The notes beneath the pieces were generated by a model. It saw only the letters and a list, made by a program, of their open reading frames with translations. It had not been told where the DNA came from and ran no database searches. Shown here piece by piece: positions 25,799 to 39,209 of a DNA stretch of 64,000 bases (position 1 is its first letter; every line of letters begins with the position of its first letter). The position numbers and the translations under genes were made by a program. This DNA comes from Octopus sinensis (lineage: Eukaryota): assembly GCF_006345805.1 (NCBI RefSeq), contig NC_043019.1, forward strand, positions 18,909,360-18,973,359. The letters are read 5' to 3'.

Positions 25799-25946
25799 TA
25801 GATAGATAGCTGAAGAATTAAAATTAATCAACGGACATACTAAGTATGTCTACTTGCTGGAAATAACAGTCAAAACTCTTATTTAAATTGCCAAAATACA
25901 CTGATGATAACTACAGAAATCAACTGTCCATGAATTATTTGCTCTG

Positions 25947-25987
<41 letters not shown>

Positions 25988-26509
25988 TGAGAGAGAGAGA
26001 GAGATAGACAGACAGACAAAACGTTGCACAGGAAACACTGAAGGAACATATTGAGAACAGGAGACGTTCATCCATCATCAGTTATCAACCAAAAATCCTC
26101 ACAGTTACGACTGCTTGTTAATAATGTTCAGTTTAGTGGCTTTAACACCAAAATGCTGCTGGGATATAAATGAGTGAAGATGAAGGATGGAATGAAATGA
26201 GGACAACGAAAGATGAGACCCGTAGATTAAACGATCGAAAGAACAAGTTACGAGGACAACAGGAAAATATATAAAATGAAAAAGCAAGGATGGTAATGTG
26301 GATGAAAGTGTCATGCAAATGGCAGCCATACTGGTGGCACCTAAAAGCACCGATTCCACTATCAGAGTGGTTGGCATTAAGAAAGGCATCTGCTGTAGAA
26401 ACTTTGCCAAATCAGACTGGAGTCTGGTGCAGCCTTCCAGCTTGCCAGCCCTGGTCCAAACCGTCCAACCCATGCTAGCAATGACAACAGGCATTAAATG
26501 ATGATGATG

Positions 26510-26557
<48 letters not shown>

Positions 26558-27024
26558 TATGCGTGAGTTGTATAAGAGTCCATAAATCAGGTAAAAGTTA
26601 CACTCTTATATCTGAAGTGCACAGTATAATATATCCATCTTACCAATTGTGTTTGTGCAAGGAATACAATGGAGTGTTAGGTAACAATCTGATTATATAA
26701 CCTTACGCTCATCAGAGTTAGCTGATATGGAACTGCTCTCTATTGTCAGAGGTGAATTAACGCATCTGGTTTGTGGCTGCTGTGCAAAAAGAAAGTGGAA
26801 TGAAAAAGGACTGAGGAGTTAGGTTAGGAGTTACGTGCCTTGATTGGGTTTGCTGTAAGGTTGGTAGGGGTGATCTAGAAATGTTTGTGGGGAAAGTGTG
26901 TTATTAAGTGTGGTGCTTCTGTGAGGATGGGGTGTGTGGTATGTGTAGTGGTGTCATATGCACAGTTTTTTCCAGGGGTCCAGGTATATATTGTTCCAGG
27001 GGTCCAGGTATATATAGTTGTGTT

Positions 27025-27581
27025 GGATCTTTACCTTTTGACCGACAGATTTAAAAAATAATTTTTTGTAACTAAACACTTTCAAACTTCGTATACTGGT
27101 AGAATGTGTCACATAAAACATCTTTTACTCTCGGCGTTGTTGAGAAAATTCTGTATTTTGGAAGTTCTTTTTTGTTAAAGTAATACTATTTTGGTAATTT
27201 CAACCAATCAATGACGTGTATTTAGCTGAATAAAATTACTGCTGTTGTTTGTCAACAACAACTTCTGGTGGTGTATATATTGTTTGTCACTGTTATTTAT
27301 GACATATTTTATCTCAGTTGTTTGTATGGATAAACAAGTGTATCTGAAGAAGCATGTTTACTTCATGGTACCACCATAATTGTTTGTGCTTCATTTTTCA
27401 TTTTTTTTCCGTAGCTCTAACCCTAAAACCTTAAAGCTAAAACCAGCACAAACGCACGAACACTGCCATAAATAACAGTGACAAACAATATATACACTGC
27501 CAGAAGTTGTTGTTGACAAACAACAGCAGCAATTTTATTCAGCTAAATACACGTCATTGATTGGTTGAAGTTACCGAAATA
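27025..27581. mobile_element. Longer relative of the GGATCTTT MITE, right end missing, with internal inverted repeat
   Basis: First ~130 bp resemble 35566-35700; internal inverted arms at about 27186-27300 and 27469-27581. Confidence 0.6.
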
Positions 27582-28805
27582 CGAGGTCAGCTGGGACAGG
27601 AAAGTAGATTATAATAGATTGTGGAGCCAACAAATTTGCCTTGCTATTGTTTCACAATCTGCTAGAAGTAGCAGCCAAATCTCCTTTACTATCATAAAAA
27701 AGATGGACTCATTAGATTGTGATCATGGTTTTAGGTACACTGGTTAGAATGTCTTTGTGAACAGGTCTGAACTGGGGCTAAACAACAGCAGCAGCAGATT
27801 CCCAATCTGAAGGCAGGGAGAGTTGTCTGGGAAGATCACTGAATTAAGTACCAGTAATATAGAGAGGTTCATTCGATCAACCAAACCCTGCCCCACTTTC
27901 CTTTAACAAGAAGTCTTACAAGCCAATGAGGAAGCCTGTCCATGGCTACTTGACCTGCTAAAAAGAGCAGACAAATCTCCCTCAAATCACCCACTACTGT
28001 CTTAAAATGGACACATTGGATAGTTAGGAAATGAATGATTAGAAAGTCTTTGACCAACTCTCATTAAACAACAACGATACACTTCATTTGTAAATCATTA
28101 ACTAAATATAGCATGCTGTAGTTTTTGGTTTCAATCCCACTGCATGGCAATTTGGGGCAAATGTCTTTTACTCTAACCCCAGGTTGACCAATACCTTGTG
28201 ATGTGTGGAAGCCAGTTGACTTTATGTGTGTGTGTGTGTGTTTACCTCCTCCCTGCCGCTTGGCAACCAGTGTTGGTTTGTTTATGTTCTTGTAACTTAA
28301 TAGTTCAGCAAAAGACCTGATAGAATAAGCAACAAACCAAAAGGAAAAGCCTTGCAGTTAATTTGTTTGCTCCAGCATGGCCACAGTCCAGTGATTGAAA
28401 GAAGTAAAAGATAAAACATACCCTTGGAGTATGTCCCTCTTCATTAATTTAAAGTATTTTTTTTTCCAAAAAAAAACTCAGGAAGTTCTTCCTTCAGGAT
28501 TTACAAGACATTAAGGTTAACCAATTTCTTTGTTTGGAATCATAAACAAAGACACCAAACAAAAGGACATATTGGAATAATGACATGGCATATGTATGAG
28601 GGATAATGAAAAGATGTCTTGAATTTTGGAGGGGATTCCATGACAACCGGTGCTATATTTATTTTTCCTATACACTGTCAACTTGAAATTACAACCATCA
28701 ATCATTGACAACACTCAATGAAACGAAGACAGGTCACTACATAACCTTGGATGCGTAGCGTAGCTCGGTGATATCCTCACTGTTTCTGAGAGATCATAGA
28801 AATGA

Positions 28806-29633
28806 TGTCGTGTTAGATAGCAGCCATCCTACGGTCTGCTTGGGACCGGTCGTGTCTGCTGCCCTGATTGATTGGTTTTGGTGCAGTTTTAATTTGCATC
28901 AGTGTGTAAGCCAACCAATCACGGCCTTAGGATAAGGTCCCATGACACAGTCTTTTTGGGTTTACACTGGAGTTCACCTTTTGCTTTAAAGACAGCCATT
29001 TCCTGCAACGACACCATCATGCAGCAACTCAGGACTGTTCTCCACCATCGTTGACTTCACTTTGCCGCCGTCTTCACCACCGACGCCCTTCAACGTCACG
29101 TTGTCTCCACCAACGCCTATACATACACAGCAACTCGCTCAGGTTTAACTTTTACGCTGTTGTGATATTCCCCAAGGTTAACAGAACCACTGCTATGCCG
29201 TGTCATACACCAAACTGGTATTTACCTCCATTTGTGTCTGAACATACATCTAGCGTCCTGATTATAGACTTTCTATGCTCTGTATTCTTATTTCACTCTT
29301 ATAGCACACTCGAACACATAGACACAAACACTTGTCACACGCACCATTGTTGGGACTTACAATGGACACACAGATACACTTGTCGCACGCACTCAGACAA
29401 ACACTCTGCCACTCATGGCACACACAGACACACTCTTATTGTACACATCCTGTAAATAAACCTTCTTTCTCACAAACAGTAGAACGGTTGTGTTTTTTTT
29501 TCCTCATTCATTGTGGAACTCTTATTCTCTTATGCCATTTGTATCTGGCCTCTTCGTTTGTAAGGGCAACCGTGTGGCGTTTTGAAAGGAGACATTTCTG
29601 TCACCATCTCCTTTACGCACGGTCGTCACTACA
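28806..29633 (+). mobile_element. Probable solo LTR in MKRN2OS intron 1
   Basis: TGTCGTG...CACTACA termini (6/7 inverted match), CCAAT motifs, AATAAA at about 29455. The putative 5-bp TSD is imperfect (AATGA / GATGT). Confidence 0.5.
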
Positions 29634-30583
29634 GATGTTACTCACAACAAAGTAATCCATTCAACTTGCTCCATGGAATTGTCGCCAGAGTCCAATTCTG
29701 TTGCATTCCCATCGTTTGTCTTGTTTTAGTCATGTTGGGGTAGCACTGCCTTGAAGTATTTAGTCAAACAAATTGACCCCAGCTCTTATTTTTTTGAAGT
29801 CTGCTACTAATTCTATCTTTCTCTTTTGCTAAACTACTAAGTTACAGGGATGTAAACAAACTGACACCAGCTGTCAAGCACTGGTGGGGGACAAACACTG
29901 TCATGCACACACACACACGCACACTGCAATAAGGAAGTCAAACAGAATTAGCAATATTTTGAAATCATTTGACATGCATGTTTCAAGTCCGTGTAACATG
30001 TAGGAAATGCATCCGTTACATAAGACCTTCCTCAATCAGAACATTTCAATATATATGGCGGTCTTCCGCAGTCTCTGTCTACCAAATTCACTCACAAAGC
30101 ATTGGTCAGTTGAGGGCTATAGTAGTAGAAACTTACCCAAGGGACCAAGCATCAGGACTGAACCGGAAACTGTGTAGTTGCAAAGCAAACTTCTTAACCA
30201 CACAGCCACATGTGCACCTGTGTTTAAAACAAACCATTAATCCATTCAATGATAAGTATTTCATTATTGATAATGAAATACAACGTGCCGCCTGGTCCGG
30301 GAATCGAACCCATGATATAGCGGTCGTAAGAGCAGTATTCACGACCAGGCTGCGCACACGCATGCATATATTGCAAGTTTCCTTTTTGTGAGAATACTGA
30401 AGAGAATGCGGTGGTTTCTCCTTTTGTTTAAGTCGGGCTTCTTTACTAGGACCAAATCCTGTAGAAATTTCCTCATTGTTATTGTTATATAGCAGGGGAT
30501 TCGCTGCATGCCAGACAAAATGCTTAGCGGCATTTCATCCGCCTTTACATTCTGAGTTAAAATTCCTCCGAGGTCGACAAAAT

Positions 30584-31645
30584 GGCAATCTTTCGTTTCC
30601 GTCGATTTCCGTAAAAAACTTTTTTTTTTACATATGGGCTTGCGGGAACTTTTGAAGTAATGAGAGCGAAAGAGACTAAGAGAAAGCGATTGTATGACGA
30701 GGGAAGTTCTTTTGAAGTTACCGTGCATGTGAAGCATTGATGTACATGTGTGTGTGTGTGTGTTTGATGGGGTGTGGGAGACACAAAATGTATGTTGTGT
30801 AAGTGAAGTGCTTCTGTTAGTGTGTGTGAAGAGACAGAGAGAGTAATGTGTGAAAGAGAGAGATAACTGAATTTTTTTACTCGGTGTATGTGTATGTGTG
30901 TGTGTGTATGTATCTATGTATGTGTGTGTGTATGTATGTGTGTGTGTATGTATGTGTGTATGTATGGCCGAGAAGGATATCTCCTCCTCATTTTATAACT
31001 CTGCCGTCTTTTTCTTACCATTTCACCATCGTCACATCAACAGACATTAAGGCTGCACAGTATCAGTCGACAAGGCATGTATAACGATTAAATAAAAAAC
31101 ATTTTGTCTATATCTTCGATCAGTGTCATTATTCCATTGAGTCAACCTCATTATTTTCTGCATAGCAGACCGTTACATAGGAAATCTTTCGTTTTAACTC
31201 GAAATAATGTAAACACTGAATCGGCCATACATACAAACATACACACACACATACATAGATACACACACACATACATGCATACATACACACACACATACAT
31301 AGATACATACACACACACACATACACATACACCGAATAAAAAATTTCAGTTATCTCTCTCTTTCACACATTACTCTCTCTGTCTCTTCACACACACTAAC
31401 AGAAGCACTTCACTTACACAACATACATTTTGTGTCTCCCACACCCCATCAAACACACACACACACACATGTACATCAATGCTTCACATGCACGGTAACT
31501 TCAAAAGAACTTCCCTCGTCATACAATCGCTTTCTCTTAGTCTCTTTCGCTCTCATTACTTCAAAAGTTCCCGCAAGCCCATATGTAAAAAAAAAAGTTT
31601 TTTACGGAAATCGACGGAAAGGTCTACTAGAGACGAAAGATCGCC
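30584..31645. repeat. Young foldback: inverted arms of about 380-400 bp around a 249-bp spacer
   Basis: 30596-30971 and 31221-31620 are near-identical inverted copies; the ORF track gives the same peptide on opposite strands. Outer GGCAATCTTTCG / CGAAAGATCGCC extensions. No TSD found. Confidence 0.8.
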
Positions 31646-32659
31646 GTATCTTGTATTATTGAGTGAGGGAGCAGTGCATGCCATCAAAGTGACACTGCGG
31701 TGAAAGAAATAAGAAGCCCAGTATACCCATCATGACTACCCGTCTGATAAGGGTACACCAGGCACATGCATCACAACCATATGTGCGCGACATGGTGATC
31801 TCATATCAAGATAAACAGCGCATGACCTTCCACGTTGGGGCCCAGTTAGAATTTTCTTCAGGTCGAGTAACCCATCCTGCTCAAAGGGTTGTTTAAGGAT
31901 GTTGAACGAAACACCCACATTTCCAGAGGTGAGTTATCCAAATCCCAAAGAATTCCTCTCAACACATGGCTATGATGCTCTCCCGCTACGGTGGTATTAA
32001 GCAGAATATCTGCTGTAGCCATCATTTATACTAAGACCAAAACATGTAGTATTATTACTACTGAAGACGTCACACAGTATCCAATATTGTTTGTACCGGG
32101 GTACAAACATTGGGTACTGTGAAAAATATTGTGTGTACCGGGGGTTTGTTATTGTCTCTCAAGTCACAACAAGGACCCCAAACAGTACTTTACGCAGTGT
32201 GCATGCAGTTTTCAAGTAAAGCCGACTTTCGCAATGCATTTAGACTGTGGGGTATTTCTAAAGTGTCCAAATGTTTCTTCAGGTTGGGTGTTATTATTAT
32301 TATTATTATACTTTCGACCCCAGGAAACAACTTCGCTTGCGCTTCTACGAAAGTCCAGCAACATTTTAAAAACAAATCAACCCGCATTACTTATGGTGAC
32401 GTTTTTGATAACTTTCCTCAGTTTCGTTTTCATTAAAATCTTCTTCCTTAATCGTTCCAGAAACAACCCTGACAAAACTAGAAGTAGCGTGCTTCTTGTA
32501 ACCATTTCCCTCTCACTTTATTCTTCCCTGTTTCCCCAGTCTACGAAGCGCAGTTGGCACCTGAAGTTTCTCTTCCAGTTTAGTTGATAAAAAAAAGTCT
32601 TTAAAATCAAAGTTAAAACTCACAGAAATGAAGCATAGATGTAAAAAAAAGTTTCTTAC

Positions 32660-32886
32660 TGAAGAAATGTACCCTGGGTAGGTTTAACGACGACAACAAA
32701 AGGCCAACGGGCAGCATCGGTGAAGGGGGATTCGATACGATAGGGGGGTAAGAGCATGTCGCTGTTGATAACATCCCCGCCACATAGGGGACAGGTTGTT
32801 GGTAACTGAAGACAATAAAATATATTTGTTTTGTTCGAACAGTGTTGGAAACAACGAATTATGTCAGAGTCTTCTTCAGTATCCAT
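32660..32886 (-). CDS. MKRN2OS: MKRN2OS-family protein, coding exon 1
   Basis: MDTEEDSDIIRCFQHCSNKTNIFYCLQLPTTCPLCGG...IESPF...VVVKPTQGTFL matches the family pattern (HC...CPLC...P...I..PF...PTQGTFL). Ends at CA|GTAAG donor, phase 2; 227 nt. Confidence 0.88.
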
Positions 32887-33351
32887 GGAGAATCTTTGTA
32901 AAAACAAAATGAGGGAAAAGAATGAAATGTAATAATAGTGACACACCTGTTACTAGTGTTAATTACAGGTGAGAAGCAATAGAGTAACCTCCCCTTACTC
33001 AACCTCCCTGTCCCAATAAAAGTAGCAGCAACTTAATATAATAGTAGAAAAGTAGCAAATCTTATAAAATTCACTAAAATTTTATTAGAAAAAACCCTGA
33101 TTAAATGAGGAGGGATTTTGTTGGCATGGTTACTTAACCTGCTAGAAATAGTAGCTACTATCTCGTGTAATATAACAGTTTAGTTCACTGTGCGGAATAA
33201 ATATTAGATTTTGTGGTATTGATGCTCAGAGTAAATAGTTAGCTTATTCAGGAGAGAGAAGTCACATCGTCTGCAGCTAAACATTTGCTGTAACTTTTCT
33301 TCCTCATTGCTAGTTTAGAAATGAAGAAAAGCGCCGGTTTAGAATCGCTTG

Positions 33352-33378
33352 TGACGTCAGAAGGAAGAAATGACGTCA
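33352..33378. promoter_or_regulatory. Two palindromic CRE (TGACGTCA) sites in a CpG-rich patch upstream of MKRN2OS
   Basis: TGACGTCA at 33352-33359 and 33371-33378, about 470 bp upstream of the MKRN2OS ATG. Confidence 0.55.
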
Positions 33379-35465
33379 CCTTGGCGGGTGATTCAATCTG
33401 GTCTTTGCCCGATGTTCAGGGTGGACAATGAAAGGATTTAAATAGCTTCTGGCCGGACGTTGAGGACTGAAAGCGTACAGGTTCGTGCAACAATCGTAGT
33501 AGAGAACAATTTCCCTCTCTGTTCAAGTTTGTCTGGCTAGATGAAAGTAAGAGCCATTATTTTTCCTTCATTCTTGTAGAGCTTCCAAGACTAGAGCGGA
33601 TGAAAATTATCCTCATACTGAAGACCTGGTTCAAACTCGCAACTGAGTGGGTCCCTCTCTAAAGGCTCCGAGATCTTGTGAATTTTCCGAAAGTCCCCCC
33701 CCCCACGTTCGTTTGCGCAATTTGTTTTTTTTTTCTTCATATTCGTTTTCTACACAGTTTATAGCACCCAACAGACTGGGTTTTTTTTTGTTTTCGTTAA
33801 TGGGAGTCAATCTTTATATTAACCATTTTATCAATTCTGAAAGCATGAATGGCAAAGTCGACCTCGGCGGAATTTTAACTCAGAACATAAAGATGGATTT
33901 GGTTTGCAAGATTCTTTATATGAGTTCGTGTGTTGAAGCATGTTCTGTTGTGTCTGGGGTGAGGGTTAGGGTTAGGGTTCCACTTTTTTCTTATTTTTAT
34001 TTTCCTAAAACTATTGAAAAGGTTGCAAGACGCAACGAAAATTTTAGGACAATAAAAATAAGAAAGAAGTGGAAATTTTACCGGTGAGTGTGTTACATTA
34101 TAAGGCACAAAAAGAGAATGACTCTCCCCAGACACAACAGAATAAAGATGGATGAAATTCCTTTAAGCCCGGCGCGATAACGATTCTGCCATTCCGCCTG
34201 CATCTCCCTAAAATCACCGCCTTAAAAACAGGACATTTAAATAATGTAGTTTTAGACTGGAATATCTTTAATACTGTTTGATGAATCATCAACAAGAATC
34301 CTTAGAACGGCGGACAAAATATTTTCCATTTGCGCCTCTGTTAGAAATCGGTTCTGAATTCAAATCCTATCGAAATGATCTGAAATAAAGTGTTTCGAAA
34401 CGTTTAAAGAGTAAGATGACTGCAAATTGGCTGAGTGGAAGACATGAATATAAACGTGCATTTGATTCAATTTCACTTCTATTGCCCGAGTATTTCTGAG
34501 TTGTGGTGGGTTTATGTGAACATCTGCTGTCGCGTGTAGGTCGTATGAGGCTGTCGAGTCCATTGTCAGGATTCCTTTGGTCGGGAAGAGCAAGCTGTTT
34601 TTCTTTGCCTGGTGGCCTTAGCGAGAGCAGTTGTGTGGTGGACCAGGTTGAAAGGGCTGAAGACAGATACTTTCTTCTTTGGCCAAGATTCATCATCTTT
34701 TTCAAATTTCACTTGAAAAGGAAAGTGAGTGGGGAGAGGGAAGTTTTGCCCCACCCAGCAATTTTGTTAAAAGGTCGGTGAATGTCGCAAGAATATATAT
34801 ATATATATACACACACATTTCAGCAAAAACAATTAAGATTCAAGTGAGTTCCAATGAATTCACATGAATGCAGTACTTAACTTAGATGCACCAGAAATCC
34901 TTATGGTATTAACCATAAAATAATGTGGGGAGATTATAGGATGTTTGGAAAACTCATATGTGTTTTGGCTGATGAATACGAAACACTTGTATTTGCTGCA
35001 ATATTTGCAGCTTTAAATAAATCTGTTCTTCGTGTGAAACAATTGTACTGAACAACTAATCCATTCTTGTTGCTTTTTTCTTGTATATATATATATATAT
35101 ATATACCTATACACACACTTCCTCTTCCTTTAATATTTGTTTTCCATGGGTTGGACAGTTTGACAGTATCTGGCAAGTTCCGAGGTCGCATCGGACTCCA
35201 GTATCAGATTTGCTATGGTTTCTACGGCTGGATGCACTTTCTAACATTCACCATTTTATAGACTACACTGACTGGGTTTTTTTTTGTCCTGTCACCATCA
35301 CTATTGAGATTGTCAGGTAACTTGCATGACAGGGAAAGAGAAAAAGCTCCTGCTACGAAGAGGGGAAAGTGGAGGTGGGTGGCTTTATGCCAGGTGTTGA
35401 AAGCTAAAATATTACTTTTGTGTTTCATATTCATTTTGTTTTGCACGCTATAGCTTGGACTTTAA

Positions 35466-35948
35466 GGTACTACTCGAGAACAGTGGTCCCGGTGCGCGTA
35501 GTCGCGCATCCGCGCTAGCTAGTCGTGACTAGTCGATCCTACAACGACTACCTAGAAAAGTAAATGGATCTTTCCTTTTGAACGGCAGTTTTCAACACAA
35601 TTTCAAGTTAACTAAACACTTTAAAACTTCGTATTCTGGTAGAATGTGTCAAAATAAAACATTTTTTTCTCTTGGCTTTCTTGAGAAAATTGTAATTTGT
35701 TTGTTTAACGTAGTTTAATTTTTCGAATTTTAACCAATCCTATGCTCTCTTTTGAGCTAAAATCATTTGCTCCGTCTAAACCTGAGACAACATTCTGTCA
35801 TTGTTATGTTTACGTAAACAGCTACGTTAAACAAACAAAGATCCAAGTAAATAAAACACAAAAACACAAAGTAAGGATCGACTAGTCACGACTAGCTAGC
35901 GCGGATGCGCGAGTGCGCGCACCGGGACCACTCTTCTTAAGTAGTACC
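35466..35948. mobile_element. Second copy of the same Mutator-type MITE, with a nested insertion
   Basis: Same TIRs as 8337-8524; exact 9-bp TSD GGACTTTAA (35457-35465, 35949-35957). Confidence 0.85.
35566..35844. mobile_element. Nested MITE with GGATCTTT termini
   Basis: Starts GGATCTTT and ends AAAGATCC; flanked by the 8-bp duplication AAGTAAAT (35558-35565, 35845-35852). Confidence 0.75.
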
Positions 35949-38900
35949 GGACTTTAAATATTTACGAGATTATCTTTTTTTAAACCTGTAAACCACCACC
36001 AATCTCGCTGAGCAGTTTAATCTTTATATTTTGACCGTGATTTTTTATTCAACCTAAACTTTATATCTCTGTATACAACTTGCTGTTTCTGTCATTTTCT
36101 TGTTTGCATATGTTTAACATTATTGTCTACTTCTACATATTTCCCTGTGTATCTGTACTCTGTGTATTAATATGAATCTATGTAGTTTTGCAGGCCATCA
36201 TCATCATCATCATCATCATTTGCCATCCATTTTCTATGCTGGCATGGGTTGGTCGATTTGACAGAAGCCGACCAGCTGAAGGGCTGTTCAAGCCCCATGC
36301 CTGTTTTAGCATGGTTTCTACGGCTGGATGCTCTTCCTAACACCGACCACTTTACAGAGTGTACTGGATACTGGTGATGGGGGTTGCTCTTCACATGTCA
36401 GCAGCACCTACAAGGCCGCAAGCTCAGCTATGTAAAAGCTTGGTTGTCCTTGCAGGGGACGAGCCTCTATGTAAAGAGCAACCACGCTTTTCCTTAGCTT
36501 CACGTGTCTTTTTAAGCAAACCATCTGGAGTCTCATTTCTTATCTCTTCTGTGACATCACCTTCCACCAATTCTGTTCACATCTTCCTCTTCCACAATTT
36601 CCTTTCACATTTCTCGTCATCCGAAGCCATTCTAGCGTCCCCAACACAGTTATCTCCCTTACTACATCTAATTCTTCCTATTCAGTTTTTTTATTTTTTG
36701 TCGCTCAGCTTCTCTGCTTCCTCCTTTTAACATTACATAAGCTGGCTTCATTCTTTGGCATATAATGTCCATGTTTCTCCAACATAAACATCATATAATT
36801 TTCTCTTCACTTCAAACACAATCCTCTTGTCAGCTTGCTGAACTTTTCTCACCTTGTTTCTTTTCTGGCTACAATACTTTTTTTGCAGCTCATATCTCTA
36901 CCTAAGCTAACAGAAGCTATCAACCAGTTCCAAGTATTGGAAAGTATTTTGTGCCCTGCCAGCCACGCCTGACCATCAATCGGTTACAAAATCGTTATTC
37001 CCTGCTTCTTTGCCCAGAATACTTCTTGAGAGTTCTGAGAGTTCACACTGAATACAACCGGGAGAATTTCCAACCTACTTTTCTTTATGTTGAGCACATC
37101 CATTTCTCTTATGGCCACTGGGCCCTATCTTCTCTCTTGCAAAAAATTTATATGTGATTATATATAAATATATATATATAGTGTTAGCAGTGTGGAAGGC
37201 GCTTGACTATGCTAGATTATGAGTTCAACTTATGGACTGAGCAAAATACTTTATTTCACTCAGCTGTGAGTAACTCTGCAATGGATTAGTCTTCTTGATT
37301 GGGAAGGAAAGTTGGCCTGCTTGTCTAACATCTTTCAAAGGCTAAAACAAAGTAAAGCATTTTCTAACCAGCAATGTGTAACAACATCCGATTGGCTGGT
37401 GAATACTGTGATGACAGCAATAGAGTGGTTGGCCTTACTGGTTTCAGGACTGATTGGAATCTCATCAGTGATCCCATACACATCTCCTTTGCTCATCGAG
37501 AGAAATATACCACATAGCTTTTTATAGTCACTACATTTTAGGATTTCAATAAACCATTAAGTCTGAATTGCATAGCAGTGTAGATTGGATAACCTGTTAC
37601 TGTACTGTAAGATATACCTGAATATAAACACGAATATTGTTTATTGTAAGGTGTAATTAAATATCGGAAGGTTTTCTCATCAACAATAAAAATAAATTTA
37701 AACAATAAAAATAAATTTAAAAAAAAACCATTAAAGAAGGAAAAGTTTTAAAATTGTTTTATTTCCCAATAAAGTGAAAGATTGATTTGTGTGACGTTAA
37801 TAGGACCCTTTGATCAATTTGTCAAAAATCCTTCTTGAACAAATGAATAAATAAGTTAACATTGCAGAAATATTTTGTAGAATATTTACATCTGTCTCCA
37901 TCTCAGTATCAGAGTCATGTCTGTACATTCTGGTTTTTGATTCCTGCCAAGGTCAGCTTTGGTCTTGCATCCTTCTGAGAGTTGGAGAGGAAAATAGATA
38001 AAACGAGTTAAATACGGGGGTAGATTCAATTGGCTACACCTCCCCCCCTAAAATGTGAGGGTTTGTACCTATGATAGAAATATTATTGATCGTTTGAAAA
38101 ACGCAGTATTTTGTTCACACACTCTTAATTGTATTTAGCCTTTTCTATGGGAACACATCAGAGGAAGGCCTCTTTTGGCAAATGGCTACAACCTTCACAT
38201 CACTCCATTCAACAGAACCTAACTGTCCATGCTTTTTCTTGATGACAATAACAGCTTAAATTGAGTGCTTTCAACCAACAAGTGAAACTAGCACAAAACA
38301 CTCAGTTAACAGCCACTTGCAGCAACATAAACTTATAATAAAAGACTACACTGTACCCCACAGGAGATCTTTGTAGAGTTTAGTCCACAATCTTGAGTCG
38401 TATGTAAACACCTTGTTATTATATACTATATTTCTGTGGACAGAAAATAGGATTAATGGACTAGTTTCAAACCTGTGTTGGAATTTGAACAGCAACTGAA
38501 TCCTCTCTTTAACTGACCCCCAAAGACATTGCTTGTAAGCCACTACTGCCAGGGGATTAAGTAAATCCAACTGATTGGTGGATATAATTGCAAGGAGTTT
38601 CATTCATGGGTTATTGGTGACTCAACAGTGTTATGGAAACACTGTTCAAAAGATTCAGAGAGAGAAAGAGAGATCAGGTTTCAATTCTCTGTTGGAGTTT
38701 TTAACTGTTTCACAATGATTCCTTCTGTTAATCAAGGCTTAAATAATTTATCAAAATCTAGCATTATAGCATTGAACCAAACTGGTGTTAGTAGTTTATT
38801 CATTTATTTATTTTTAGTAGCTGGGTCTGGAAAAAGGGCCTTTGCTGGCCCTCCACTGGTGTGCTTGATGCTATTAATCCAAAGAGCCAAATACTGTGGG

Positions 38901-39209
38901 GAGGAAGGACTAGTGGTGGTGGTGGTAGTGCATGAATCAGAATTGTGATTCAGGATTGCCTGGAAGTAGTATGATATCAGCCAGCTCTGACAAACAGAGG
39001 CCATGATTGTGTGTGTGTGTGAGTGTATATTTGCTTCTCAACATGAATTTGGATTCTGTCCCTCTACGTGGCACCTTGGGCAAGTGCCTTCTGCTGCGGC
39101 CAACCAAGGCCTTTGAATAGATTTGGAAGATGGAAACTGAAAGAAGTCTGTCATATATATATATATATATATATATATTAGTTTAATTAGCTGCCAAGAA
39201 TATGTTATA

